Notes: generated from the sequence alone by a model not told the origin. Shown: positions 10,694 through 23,531, counted from the whole stretch's first letter. The stretch is 63,771 nt of DNA, filler included, from Octopus bimaculoides (GCF_001194135.2; 5 parts of 5 records of this genome joined end to end with filler, not necessarily neighbours in it), one strand, 5' to 3'. Made by a program: numbers and translations.

Positions 10694-11970
10694 CAGGGTG
10701 TCCCAAAATTAAAGCAGCCAACATTTTACAATTTTGCCAAAGCAAAATATTGTTATATTTTAGGTTTGAGTGTTGTAATGCAACAATAAAGGAAGCACAA
10801 TTATGACACTACCACATTTATTCGATACAACCACCTCTGTTTCGAATTACAGCCTTAAGTCTAAGTGCAAATGCTTTACATGCAGCATGCAGCTGTTCTT
10901 GCAGAATTGAAGCCCATTCCAGGTATCGTTTTGCCTTCAGAGTGCTGAGCATTGAGGAGTGCTCGAGACCCTCATCTCCAAAATGGACCAAGCAGACAAA
11001 TCCAACAGGTTGAGATTAGGGCTTCTTGTGGGCCATACATCCTTGCCTATGAACGACAAAATGTTTTTCTGAATCCAGTTTTGTGTCTGTTTGGAGTTGT
11101 GAGATGGTGCCAAGTTCTGTTGGAGGTTCCTTGAAAATGCTTATTCGTCCATGGAACAGTTCTCAATTTCTAGAATGTTGCTAATGCATCGCTGGGTGTT
11201 ACTTTTAACACTCAAGGGCACAAAAACGAGGGGAGACCTTCCAGTGACTGTCACAGCTACCTAAACCATAACTGAGTGTTGGATTTTGACGTCAATTTAA
11301 GAGTCTACCCTTGACAAAGGCAGATACTTTCCAAAGTTGGTCATCCTGGCGGTTTACTGTCTGTTTGATGTCAAATTTCTTTTCATCAGTGAACACCAGA
11401 TTGGGCAACATGCCTTCAAAAATCTGACACAAGATAAGACGACTTCTCTCCTGTCTTATGGTCTTATACATTTGTGTGAGCTCATCAGAGCAGATCATCT
11501 AGTAGTGGTGGGTACTGAGATTCTCCTTCAACACTTGATGCATCGGTGTTCAGCTTATTTTTGTTGTGGCAGCCAGTTATCTGATGTAACAATGAGGATT
11601 TCCCTGTATCTTTTCTCTGACATTTTTGATAAGCTGAGGGGTTTGCACACTTCTTTTTCGGCCACATCCAGGTTAATCAGTGGTGGAACCAGTCTCTTGA
11701 AATTTCATGACGTTTTTCCAGACTGTTGTTCAGTTAAGATTAAGTTTTTTTTTTGCTATAGGTGTATTACTTTCCCTTCCTTTGTGGAGGGTTATGATCA
11801 TATTTCGGTCAATAGCCATTACCTAATTTATAAATCTGAATTTATTTAGTCTGAAACAAAGAGAAGCCACACAAAGCTTTTGTAATGTTGTATAATTTTC
11901 CTATCTTATCACATTTATTGATAGTTATTAAAGCCCAAAACTTCAGTTGCCTTAATTTCAGGTCACCCTG
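10694..11970 (-). mobile_element. Full-length defective DD37D (maT) Tc1/mariner transposon
   Basis: TA flanks. TIRs CAGGGTGTCCCAAAATTAAAGCAGC / CAGGGTGACCTGAAATTAAGGCAAC. Peptides LVFTDEKKF and QQN(D)LAPSH...WPTRSPNLNLLD, with 37 residues between the 2nd (mutated to N) and 3rd catalytic positions. Stops and frameshifts present. Confidence 0.9.
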
Positions 11971-12002
<32 letters not shown>

Positions 12003-12123
12003 TGTATGTATGTATGTATGCATGCATTTATATATGTATATATGTATGTATGTATGTATGTATGAAAATGTTAGTAGCTCTTATTTAAATATTGTGTATA
12101 TGATATGATATGATATATATATA

Positions 12124-13378
12124 TTGGGTTGTCTGGAAAGATCGTGCCGATTTTTAAAGGAAAGAAAAAGGTCAATAAATACTTGCCATTACAATTTTAA
12201 TCAACCAAATATGAACCANNNNNNNNNNNNNNNNNNNNNNNNNNNNNNNNNNNNNNNNNNNNNNNNNNNNNNNNNNNNNNNNNNNNNNNNNNNNNNNNNN
12301 NNNNNNTCTTCCCAGAATTGAGGTGGTTTCATGGCAAAGAATTCATCAAGGTATCATTTTATGTCATCCAAGGAATTGAAATTTTTACCATTAAGGCTAT
12401 TCTACAGAGACCGGAATAAGTGGAAATCCGAAGGAGCAATATCTGGTGAATATGAAGGCGGGGGCGTAACACATCCCAGCCAAGCTTCAGCAATTTTTGT
12501 ATGGTTCCCAAAGAAATGTGCGGTCTTGCATTATCATGTTGGAAAACGACACCCTTCCTGTTGGCCAATTCTGGACGTTTCTCTTGAATTGCTGCTTTTA
12601 ACTCGTTCAGTTGTGTGCAGTATTTCTCAGAATTAATTGTCTGGTTAATTGGGAGAAGCTCATAGTACAGAATTCCTTTCCAATCCCACCAGACACATAG
12701 CAAAACATTTTTAGGGTGAAGACCCGCTTTTGTGGTGGCTAAGGGTGGTTCATGTCGCTTACTCCAGGATCGCTTTCTCTGAACATTTCGATAGATAATC
12801 CATTTCTCATCACCTGTCACAATTTGCTTTAAAAATGGCGCGGTTTCATTCCATTTATAAAGCGAATCACAGATGGAAATGCGATCCAAAAGGTTCTTCT
12901 CACTCAACTCATGTGGTACCCAAACATCGTTGCGATTTGTGTACCCAAGCTTTACCAAGTGCTCATGAACGACGGATTTTGATAGGTTGAGGCTTTCTGC
13001 CAATTCTCAGCTTGTACAATGTGGGTTATTCTCAATTAATGACTTGATTTGGTCATCATCTGTAGTGGATGGTCTGCCTGATCGCTCTTTATCAATAAGG
13101 CTACAATCTCCAGCTCGGAACATTGTGAACCACTTCCATACAGTTCTTTTGTATAAAGAAACATCACCGTAAACTGCGCATATTTCTTTGGTTGCTTGTG
13201 AGGCATTTTTCCCTTTATGGAAAAAGAAAAGCATCAAGTGCCGAAAATGAACTTTCTTATCTTCCATTTTAAAGGGTTACAGAATTAACATAGTTTATAG
13301 GAACATAAACCTTCTTCCACGAAAAGATAGCTTAAACTGTGCTCTAAATGGGAGTGTAGTCAAATCCTATTTTATGGA
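12124..13378 (-). mobile_element. Mariner (DD34D) transposon, transposase pseudogene; 5' TIR missing
   Basis: ORFs 13267-13007 (HTH, RSGRP) and 13003-12359 (WVPHEL, VTGDEKW, HDNARPH), then frameshifted YSPDIAPSD. One end TA-TTGGGTTG at 12122-12131. Confidence 0.92.
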
Positions 13379-14345
13379 TTTGGTTCTCATACTTGAAGAG
13401 AACACATTCTCATTTAACAACAAGCCATACCGACAGATAAAGGGCGCGGCTATGGGTACGAAATTCGCACCTTCATATGCCAACCTAGTGATGGGTTCTT
13501 TTGAGAACAAACTATACGATGAAATAGGGAACGTCTTCGAACACAACTTCAGAGAAGACGTCAAGAAAAAGTGGAAACGCTACCTGTTTCATCTTTTGGA
13601 ACAGATCAGAAGATCTACGGCATTCCACAACATCCTCAATACACTGCACCCATCTATCCACTTCACAATAGATACCAACTACAACGAACTTCCCTTCCTA
13701 GACATTAACATCAAGATACACAACTCCATCGTCACAACAGACATCCATTACAAAAAAACCGACACACACCAATATTTAAATTTCTACTCCTGCTACCCAT
13801 CCCACATAAAAAGAAACATTCCATATAGTATGGCAAGACGCATATGCAGCATAGTGATCGGCTCACAGACACGCCAAATAAGACTAGAGGAACGTAAAAA
13901 CTTCCTACTAGAACAAAAATACCCACTCACCTTAATATAAAACGGAATCGCAAGAGCAATAAAACTGGACATCACACAACTCAGAACTGAAAAAAGAAAA
14001 ACAAAGAAAACATCATCCCTTTCATAAACACACACAACCCTACAATCACCAACATGTTTCACATTATACACTCAAACCTACCAATAATCCAACAAAGCCC
14101 CAAAATGGGAAACCTACTAAACAAATATTGCATAAAAAACAGTAAATGCCAAGAATAAAAACTTAAAGAAACAACTAACAAGAGTAGAATTCTCATCAGA
14201 GAATAAAACCGAATTCTTCGAAAAAGAGTGTGGAGATGGTAGATGTGGAACCTGCAGTAACCCCATCTACAAATATATAGAGGGGAACAAACAAATAAAA
14301 TTTAAGAGTGGTCAGACATTCAAAGTAAATGCAGACATGAACTGC
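13378..14345 (+). pseudogene. Penelope-like reverse transcriptase fragment running into the GIY-YIG linker
   Basis: GAAMGTKFAPSYANLVMG, LPFLDI, YKKTDTHQYLNF.SC.P, RNIPYS.ARR, later HNP and RCGTC; the YxDD motif is disrupted. Confidence 0.88.
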
Positions 14346-14389
14346 NNNNNNNNNNNNNNNNNNNNNNNNNNNNNNNNNNNNNNNNNNNN

Positions 14390-14401
14390 TTAATTAATTA
14401 A
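14390..14401. other. Assembly gap marker TTAATTAATTAA centred in a 100-base N block (also 35324-35335, 50327-50338, 60586-60597)
   Basis: Identical 12-mer flanked by 44 N on each side at four sites. Confidence 0.95.
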
Positions 14402-14445
14402 NNNNNNNNNNNNNNNNNNNNNNNNNNNNNNNNNNNNNNNNNNNN

Positions 14446-14710
14446 GGTTATGAAACACGTGTAATCTTTTTATTATATTTATCTTATGATATTTACTTTA
14501 CTTTATATTATACTCATTTATTGTGCTTTTAATTATTAATTTTTCTATATGTGATAGTGGATTTTCATCGATGAGTTCTTGAAAATTGGTTATTTTCCCT
14601 AAAACTATATATATTTTATATATACTTTATCTATAAGGCTCAATTTAATTTTAATTTTTTATAAATTGATTTTAATTGAGTTTTTTACCTGTAATTTTGG
14701 ATTTTGTCCC
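14446..14710 (+). mobile_element. Second copy of the hammerhead-bearing terminal repeat seen at 9497-9755 (5' half lost in gap)
   Basis: ggttatGAAACACGTGTA followed by about 250 bp aligning with 9515-9755. Confidence 0.85.
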
Positions 14711-14722
14711 TAATAATATTAT

Positions 14723-14763
<41 letters not shown>

Positions 14764-15258
14764 TGAATATGTTTATGTATGTATACATGTATATGAGTGT
14801 GTATATGTATATACACACATACATATATATATATGGATGTGTGTACTTACATATATGTTTGTATGTATATGTATACGTGTGTGTGTATGTGCACACACAC
14901 ACGCACATATATATATAATATACATTAACATATGTATATATATATATATGGTAACACTGACTGTTGACTATTTTGGTATGCATGTACAACCATCTGTGTA
15001 TGTGCATCTGAGCATACATATATGTACTCATGTGTTTATGTTTTTGTATCCATGTATATCTGTATATGGTAATGTTTATATGGTAATGTATACATGCATA
15101 TGCATGTATATATGAGTTTTTATGACTCTTTATATGGTTTTTTTTATATACTTTTTGTATTTTTTATATGCCTTATATTTTTATATTTTTATTTTTTATT
15201 TTCTACTTTATTTTATATTTGTATTTGAATTTTGCAAAATTCGTGAATTGAATTTTGT

Positions 15259-15391
15259 AAATCTCTGAAGAGGCCTAGTGAATCAGGCATGTACCCCCAT
15301 TACATCATTTTCATCTAATTACTCCAGAGTACTGGAGCTATATAGATAGAATGGGGCATGCCAACGCTAGGCCGAAACAGCTGTAAGATTT
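15259..15391 (+). ncRNA. Type I hammerhead ribozyme, canonical core, 102-nt stem II domain
   Basis: aaatct CTGAAGA GGCCTAGTG...CGCTAGGCC GAAA CAGCTG TA agattt; predicted cleavage after 15385. Confidence 0.85.
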
Positions 15392-16190
15392 TGTCCCTTC
15401 TCCAATTGCTAGATGTCCTTTAAATTTGAAATCTTAATTGTTGATATGACATGGTATGTCATAAGTGTCTGTATATTGTCTTTATTGTCATTTTGGTTAT
15501 GAAATAAACAGATTAATCAACAGAATACAATGTCTGCAAGTTGATGAGTACCTCATATTCCCCTCCATTTTCTTATTGCCATATAAATTTAGGGCAAAAA
15601 GAAACCCCTTTTACCCGCATCCACTTATTGCACTTGGTATAACACTAGTGTAACAATAATTGGGTACCCTCCCAGCAGTATATTGGATAGATATTATCCC
15701 TTAGCGGGTTGGATCCTCAACCCCTAACTCTCTCGGATTATATATATATATATATATATATATTTCATTATCAATGGTCTGCTAGTGGCCGGGGCACCCT
15801 TAATTGACAGCTAACATCTTGATTTAAGTTTTCCTTTACCAAATCTCATGATATTGTTTCTAATAAATCTTGATAGTTTTTTTTTATGACTATATACACT
15901 ATAATTTCTGTCAGATTCCCTCAGCCCTATTCCTAAAAGACACTGCCCCTTGTTCTCTCTGCCTTAGATATACAAAGATCTGATAAAACAAGTCTATAAA
16001 TTAAAACTGACCCCATAAAATAGTGACAAACCAAATCTGTAACAAGTCTTTCTTCCCGATACCTTAGTAGCTTCTAAGCTGAAGTGAAGGCAGCATGTTC
16101 TTTATCTATCTCCTTACCTTCTTGAAGATTTTAGGTAAAATTATACTAATGTGTCCATCTGTTTTAATTTAATTAAATTCTATGTCTTTA

Positions 16191-16258
16191 TGCACCTGAG
16201 GATTGCTCTGCATGTAATGGTTCAATTAAATGGAGTTGCTTGAAACGATTGTACTGCA
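16191..16258 (+). ncRNA. Degenerate hammerhead motif
   Basis: tgcac CTGAGGA ... GAAA CGATTG TA ctgca; stem II partly broken and first stem I pair mismatched. Confidence 0.45.
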
Positions 16259-16286
16259 TTACCTCTGGATATCCTTGTTGCTTATT

Positions 16287-16324
<38 letters not shown>

Positions 16325-17447
16325 TCATCATCATCAATAATTAAGAATTTAGCACAATGATTTTGTCATTATTAAGTTGGTGCTTGTAGCTTATATCAAC
16401 AAGAAATTTCGATGGAAAATTTGAATTTAGATCCCTTTAAAACAGAATGTTTGTGTCCTAGAACCAGGGGCAGTCTTGAGCGGATTGGTAACAAAAGGGT
16501 TAAACGGTTAATGATAAAATGATGATGAATGTTGTCTTCAGGTATTTCCCATCTGTCACGTTTTTGATAAGAAACTGAACATATCTACTAATGGAGCAGT
16601 TGATAAAACAAATTGACAGAGCAAATGGTCCTACTGAGAAACCAGATGGAAAAAGTGGTTAGATGCAGAGACAGCCTTTCCTCCAAGAAGAAAAAGAAAG
16701 CAATGACAAAAGTACATAAAAAATGGTGATGTTACTGCTAAAATGCTTCTGATTACAGATCTGCTTGATACAGGCTGACCTGGCACTAAGCTATGTGTAG
16801 TCCATGTTTACCAAATGATTCATACTTGTACACTTGATGTTTACCATCACTAGAGCTTACCGATTCTTAATACTATCATTATATACCAATTCTTAGTAAG
16901 TCAAATACAGAAAGAGAGGGGAAAAGAGAGGGACAGAGAGAGATAGAGAAAGAGAGAGATAGAGAAAGAAAGAGATACAAAGTGTGAGAGAGAAAAAGGT
17001 AGAGTATGTGTGTGCTATACAGACAACATGAGCGAGAGAGAGAGAAGGAGAGAGAGATAGAGAGAAGGAGAGAGAGATAGAGAGAAGGAGAGAGAGATAG
17101 AGAGAAGGAGAGAGAGATAGAGAGAGAGAGTATGTGTATGAGACAGAGACAGAGAGAGAAAATGTGTGTGTGTGTGTATGTGTGTGTGTGTGTATGTGTG
17201 TATATGAGAGAGAGAGAGGGAGAGAGACACAGAGAAAGACAGAGACAGAAAGAGTAAATGAATGAGATAGAAAAAAAGGGAGGGAAAATGAAAGAAAGAG
17301 AAGGAAAGAAAGAGAGAGAGAGGGTGAAAGGCAGAAAGACTATGTGTATGAGATGGATAGAGATAGCAAGTTACCAAGCTAGCTCCATAAATAGATAGAT
17401 AGATTGATAGATAGATAGATAGATAGACAGATAGTTAGATAGATTGC

Positions 17448-17483
<36 letters not shown>

Positions 17484-17763
17484 GAGTGAGAGAGAGAAAT
17501 GTGACGTTGGCTGGGAGATCAGGGAAAGAGCTAACATTCTGTTAATAGTTTACAAGTAATACAGAGTGGGGAACTGCCCCAATACCACCACCTCTACATA
17601 CCACAGCATTCTTTACACTGTTAATTGTAATGAATACACTAACCATTGATTAGGAATGACTGAATGACTGACTGGTTAGCTACATTGCTCCTCCTGTTGA
17701 TGTGGTTGTTGTTGATGTGTTTGTTGTTGATGTTGTTTTCTTTGTATACAATTGAGTCTACAA

Positions 17764-17800
<37 letters not shown>

Positions 17801-18084
17801 NNNNNNNNNNNNNNNNNNNNNNNNNNNNNNNNNNNNNNNNNNNNNNNNNNNNNNNNNNNNNNNNNNNNNNNNNNNNNNNNNNNNNNNNNNNNNNNNNNNN
17901 NNNNNNNNNNNNNNNNNNNNNNNNNNNNNNNNNNNNNNNNNNNNNNNNNNNNNNNNNNNNNNNNNNNNNNNNNNNNNNNNNNNNNNNNNNNNNNNNNNNN
18001 NNNNNNNNNNNNNNNNNNNNNNNNNNNNNNNNNNNNNNNNNNNNNNNNNNNNNNNNNNNNNNNNNNNNNNNNNNNNNNNNNNNN

Positions 18085-18127
<43 letters not shown>

Positions 18128-18339
18128 CATGTATATATGTTCATGTGTTTGTGTATGTGTTTATGCACACACACACACACACACATGTGTATTTACACAC
18201 ATAAGGAAGTCCTGTGTTTATTTTACACATAAACACCACCCAAAAATAACATGTGGATATATATGATACACATAAACACGGTGTATTAGCTATACACAGA
18301 CCTACCAATAAATATATATATTGAAGTTAAATAATGTGC

Positions 18340-18381
<42 letters not shown>

Positions 18382-18407
18382 TTGTGTGTGTGCGTGCATG
18401 CACGCAC

Positions 18408-18443
<36 letters not shown>

Positions 18444-18930
18444 GAAAAAATGNNNNNNNNNNATAAACGGGAGACAAACAGAAAGTCTATAATCTTTCAT
18501 CAGTTATCAATGAATGGTACTTTTCAGTTTGGTACTTTTCAGTTTGGTACTTTTCAGTTTGGTACTTTTCAGTTTTGCATCTTGTCCAGTGAAAAGAGCA
18601 CAGATCCTGTTCAAATCTAAGATCCCCAACTCTCCACTGAATGAATTCTACGTCAGAAATTTTCAGTGGTTGCAAGCATATGTGTAAATATATTTTGAAG
18701 AATTGGAAAATTCCACCTATTTCTGACTGACTTGTTTGTATCTTTCCAGCCTTATAATTTAAGGTCTAAAGTCTTTTACCTTTCCACTTTTTACATTTTA
18801 GCTTTTGTATTTTTGCTTTCCATTTTTTGTTTTCCATTTTTCACTTTCTGCGTTTTCTATATGCTGCCTTTTCAGTTTTTCAAATTTCTTCTATTATTCA
18901 ATTTTTTATGTTTGTTATGATATGTGGTTT

Positions 18931-18984
18931 GTGCCTGAAGAATATGTTTGAGTATTTCTCAACATATGAAACTATTAGTAGCAC
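18931..18984 (+). ncRNA. Type I hammerhead ribozyme, canonical core
   Basis: gtgc CTGAAGA ATATGTT(T)GAG tattt CTCAACATAT GAAA CTA-T-TAG TA gcac; predicted cleavage after 18980. Confidence 0.8.
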
Positions 18985-19139
18985 TTAAAGACATGTGCTG
19001 TGTCTTTTAAATAAATATCATTTATCTCTCACCAGATAGAGTACTTTTTGTGTTAATCTTTCTATCATGAAACTGTACATCATGTCAGGTGTAATCGGCC
19101 ACATTAGAGCGTAATTGGGCATGATAGAAAATCATTTGA

Positions 19140-19440
19140 GCGAGGTCATTGCCAGTGCCGCTGGACTGGCTCCCGTGCAGGTGGCATGTAAAAAACACCT
19201 TTTTGAGCATGGCTGTTGCCAGTACTGTGTCACTGGCCCTCATGCCGGTGGCACGTAAAAGCACCCACTACACTCTCGGAGTGGTTGGCGTTAGGAAGGG
19301 CATCCAGCTGTAGAAATTCTGCCAGATCAGATTGGAGACTGGTGCAGCCTTCTGGCTTGCCAGTCCTCAGTCAAATCGTCCAACCCATGCTAGCATGGAA
19401 AGCAGACGTTAAACAATGATGATGATGATGATGATGATGA
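19140..19440 (+). mobile_element. Interspersed repeat family C, long copy, (GAT)n tail
   Basis: Homologous to 3015-3165 and 24740-24900. Confidence 0.8.
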
Positions 19441-20382
19441 TATATATNNNNNNNNNNNNNNNNNNNNNNNNNNNNNNNNNNNNNNNNNNNNNNNNNNNNN
19501 NNNNNNNNNNNNNNNNNNNNNNNNNNNNNNNNNNNNNNNNNNNNNNNNNNNNNNNNNNNNNNNNNNNNNNNNNNNNNNNNNNNNNNNNNNNNNNNNNNNN
19601 NNNNNNNNNNNNNNNNNNNNNNNNNNNNNNNNNNNNNNNNNNNNNNNNNNNNNNNNNNNNNNNNNNNNNNNNNNNNNNNNNNNNNNNNNNNNNNNNNNNN
19701 NNNNNNNNNNNNNNNNNNNNNNNNNNNNNNNNNNNNNNNNNNNNNNNNNNNNNNNNNNNNNNNNNNNNNNNNNNNNNNNNNNNNNNNNNNNNNNNNNNNN
19801 NNNNNNNNNNNNNNNNNNNNNNNNNNNNNNNNNNNNNNNNNNNNNNNNNNNNNNNNNNNNNNNNNNNNNNNNNNNNNNNNNNNNNNNNNNNNNNNNNNNN
19901 NNNNNNNNNNNNNNNNNNNNNNNNNNNNNNNNNNNNNNNNNAGAAGATGCTTGTTCAGGGTGTCAGACAGTAGGACTGAACCCGGAACCATGTGGTTGAG
20001 AAGCTTCTCACCACACAGCCATGCCTGCACCTATATATATATATATATATATATACATACATATATATATATGTATATGTATATATATATGGTTATATTT
20101 GGGGATGATCATTTTCTTTTTGTCAAATAAACACATGCAATATTTGTTCTTCACTTGTTTATTATTGTTCTTATTTTATGTCCATTGTCTGGAAATCTTT
20201 CGACACACATCTGTGACGTCTTCAGTGACTCTCCATCCCATGTGTCTCCTCTTGTTCTAGTTAGTCCTTTCAGTGCATATCCTCATCTGTGAATGCATTT
20301 GCATCTGTATCTGTGTGTTCATGTATGCCTAAGTGTTTCGTATGTGTGATTTGTATGTGTGTATATGGGTTTACTTACTGTA

Positions 20383-21018
20383 CCCTTTATATAGTTTTTT
20401 CATTTATTTACTTATTTATCCCTCTATTCCCCCCATTCCATCTTAAGTATGTGTATGTGTGTCTTTTGTGTGTGTGTATATGGGTTTATGTTTTAAACTG
20501 TTTGCATCTGTGTCTTTTTTTCCTCCCATTCTGTCTTTAGTCAGTGTTTCTTTGGTTCAGAAACAAGACAACAACTTACATTGTGGAGATGACATGTAGC
20601 CTAGGGGAACAACTAAGTGAACACTGGTGGTAGCTCAAAGAGAAGAAAAGCTCATCAGTGCTCTACCAACATGCTCAATTAGAACTGAGAGGCTTGGTTA
20701 AAAATACAGATATTAAGGTATCATCAACACATAGAGCAGACACAACACTCAGGCAGATTACTGAGGCTAGTAATAGCATAGTAATAGACAGACCAAGCCT
20801 CACATAAAACATGACTGGAACAATAACACTCACCATCACTACACTACACAACATGATGACTAAAGACAGAATGGAAGAAAAGAAAAAGACAGATGTAAAC
20901 AGTATAAGGCGTAAACTCATATACACACACACAAAAGACACACATACACATACTTTAGATGAAATAGGAGAAAATAGAGATAAATAAGTAAATAAAGGAA
21001 AAAAAACTATATGAAGGG
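20383..21018. repeat. Inverted repeat of about 160 bp (20383-20544 / 20857-21018)
   Basis: Arms align as reverse complements, e.g. ATTCTGTCTTTAGTCA / TGACTAAAGACAGAAT and TATGTGTATGTGTGTCTTTTGTGTGTGTGTATATG / its complement. Confidence 0.9.
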
Positions 21019-21059
21019 CAAGGATACAAACATTATGATAAGTAAACTGTGCCCCTGTT

Positions 21060-21290
21060 TAAGCAACATCTGAACAATCATAAGTCCACTTTTAGGATAC
21101 CAAAGAGGCACAACACCACATCTCCGGCCAACCATGTATGGTGCTTAAAATAGGAAGGAACCCCATACATAATTAAATGGAAGTCACTTGAACAACCAGG
21201 GGCTTATATAAACAGAAGCAAATGATGTAAGCTTTGCTTGGCTGAAAGGGCAAGAATCCTAAAAAAAACTTGCTCAACCTTGGGGGATCT
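21060..21290 (+). pseudogene. Penelope GIY-YIG C-terminal remnant
   Basis: PYIIKWKSLEQPGAYINRSK*CKLCLAERARIL. Confidence 0.75.
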
Positions 21291-21658
21291 TTTTAAACTC
21301 CAGGAGGGAGGCATTCAGCCAATGCCCTCATCTGAAATGTTTCCTACTTAAGATTTAGAATTCCCCATCTGGTGAATAGTCCCACCAGAGTTTCTTCAAA
21401 TATCACCATGACTGGCGATGTAATGGGGATAACCCTGTATGGCTAAACCTATTCTGCAGTATAGATGATTATTTTTTATTTACAAAACCAACTGACCATT
21501 ACATATTTCTTCCTCCAGTTCTAGAAATGTTATGTGCTTTCAGCCATTTGAGTCTGGCAGGTCACCTATGCTGCTAAGTGCTTATGAGTGTAAAACTAAT
21601 GGTCACTCTATGACTGTCCATAACTTTTAACTTACTAAAACATATATATATGTTTGTG

Positions 21659-21702
<44 letters not shown>

Positions 21703-21787
21703 NNNNNNNNNNNNNNNNNNNNNNNNNNNNNNNNNNNNNNNNNNNNNNNNNNNNNNNNNNNNNNNNNNNNNNNNNNNNNNNNNNNNN

Positions 21788-21825
<38 letters not shown>

Positions 21826-22447
21826 TTATATGTATATATATATGTATATATTTATAATATATACGGATATGTATGTGTATATATTATATATATATACATA
21901 TATATATACATATAAATACACACAGAGTAATGTTTTTTCTGATTGAAATAACATAACATTCCTGATGATTTGGATAGACATAGTTTTTAAATTAATTTAC
22001 TTTAATTATGTATCACAATTATATAATTATGTATTTGGTGGTGTTTATCTAAATGTAACGGCTGCTGAGCACAATTGAAAAATGAAGTAGTTGTGAAATT
22101 TATGTTTTACTATTTTTATTCTAAATATGTTGGAGAACAAGCGTGATATAGTAAAACTGTTAGTCTCAGTCAAATAAGATCTTCAAAAACGATTTGACCC
22201 TACTATCAGAATAAAGTCACATCAACAGTAAATGACTGACTGCGATTCATAAAATTGTTACAAGACAACATTCACAACAAAATAGGTGATATAGTATTAA
22301 AGATATTAAAAAGGAAAGAGCAAAACAAAACAAAAAATTACCATTTAAATGCAAGAGAATCTTTTGAATTACTTTCTGTGTGTGCATGTGTGTATGTGCA
22401 CATATGTGTGTGTGTGTATATATATATATGTACACACACATATGTAT

Positions 22448-22506
<59 letters not shown>

Positions 22507-22617
22507 CATACGCATATATACATATATATGTATATATACATACATACACACACACACATATATATATGCTCACACATATACATATATACATGCATACACA
22601 AACATATACATACATAC

Positions 22618-22690
<73 letters not shown>

Positions 22691-23425
22691 TATACACATA
22701 TACACACTCATATATATATATATATACATGCATACACAATTGCCACGGTGTCTACTTCATGTCAAAACATTTTGAAGTTAAGGCTGGTGTGTGTGTGTGC
22801 TCCCCCACCCCTCTCCTCACATTCTGATGTTATTTATATATAAACTGATAATTCCAAATACATTGAGTAGAAAATTACTTCTTGCTTCCTGAAAGATGAG
22901 CTATCAATAGCCTCTCTGTATGTATGTGTGAGTGTGTGTATCTGTGTGTGTATGTGTGAGAGAGAGAGAGTGAGAAAAAGAAAAAGCAAGAGAAAAAAAA
23001 GAGAGAGTGAGAGACTGTGTGTCTGTGATAAAGAGGAGAGAGAGTGGGGGAGAGAATGTGTGTGTGTGTGTGTGCACATACGTGTGAGTATATGGATACA
23101 CACAATTAGTCATAATTAGTCTATATGTGTTTGTACATTTTCATGTATATTTGTGCATATGTGGTAGTGTGCATATGTGGTAGTGTGCATATGTGAATAT
23201 ATGGACATACACAATCATCTCTTGTGTATGTATATGTATGCATATGTGCATGTATGTATGTATGTATGTATGTGTGTGTGTGTGTGTGTATATATATACA
23301 CATACACACACATGTACACACAAATGGTATACAAACACACACACACGGACATATATAGAGAAAGAGAGATATAACATACACATGTATACACATTAAATTT
23401 TATGTCAGATAAATCATTATAGAAA

Positions 23426-23460
<35 letters not shown>

Positions 23461-23531
23461 ACCAGAGAGATGTGTGTATAAATAGTATATGAAATCTATA
23501 TAGATTTGGAAATATGAATGTGTGTGATATA

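Noticed and set aside
14390-14401. TTAATTAATTAA recurring four times
   Set aside because: Always centred in a 100-base N block; an assembly gap marker, not biology.
18505-18570. Four tandem 15-mers (TGGTACTTTTCAGTT); also (CACATTAGTC)x4 at 28650-28690
   Set aside because: No spacers, eukaryotic context; ordinary minisatellites, not CRISPR.
22247-22843. Numerous long ORFs rich in YI/HT/CV/II/SL repeats across the window
   Set aside because: Translations of microsatellites or N runs; no coding signal.
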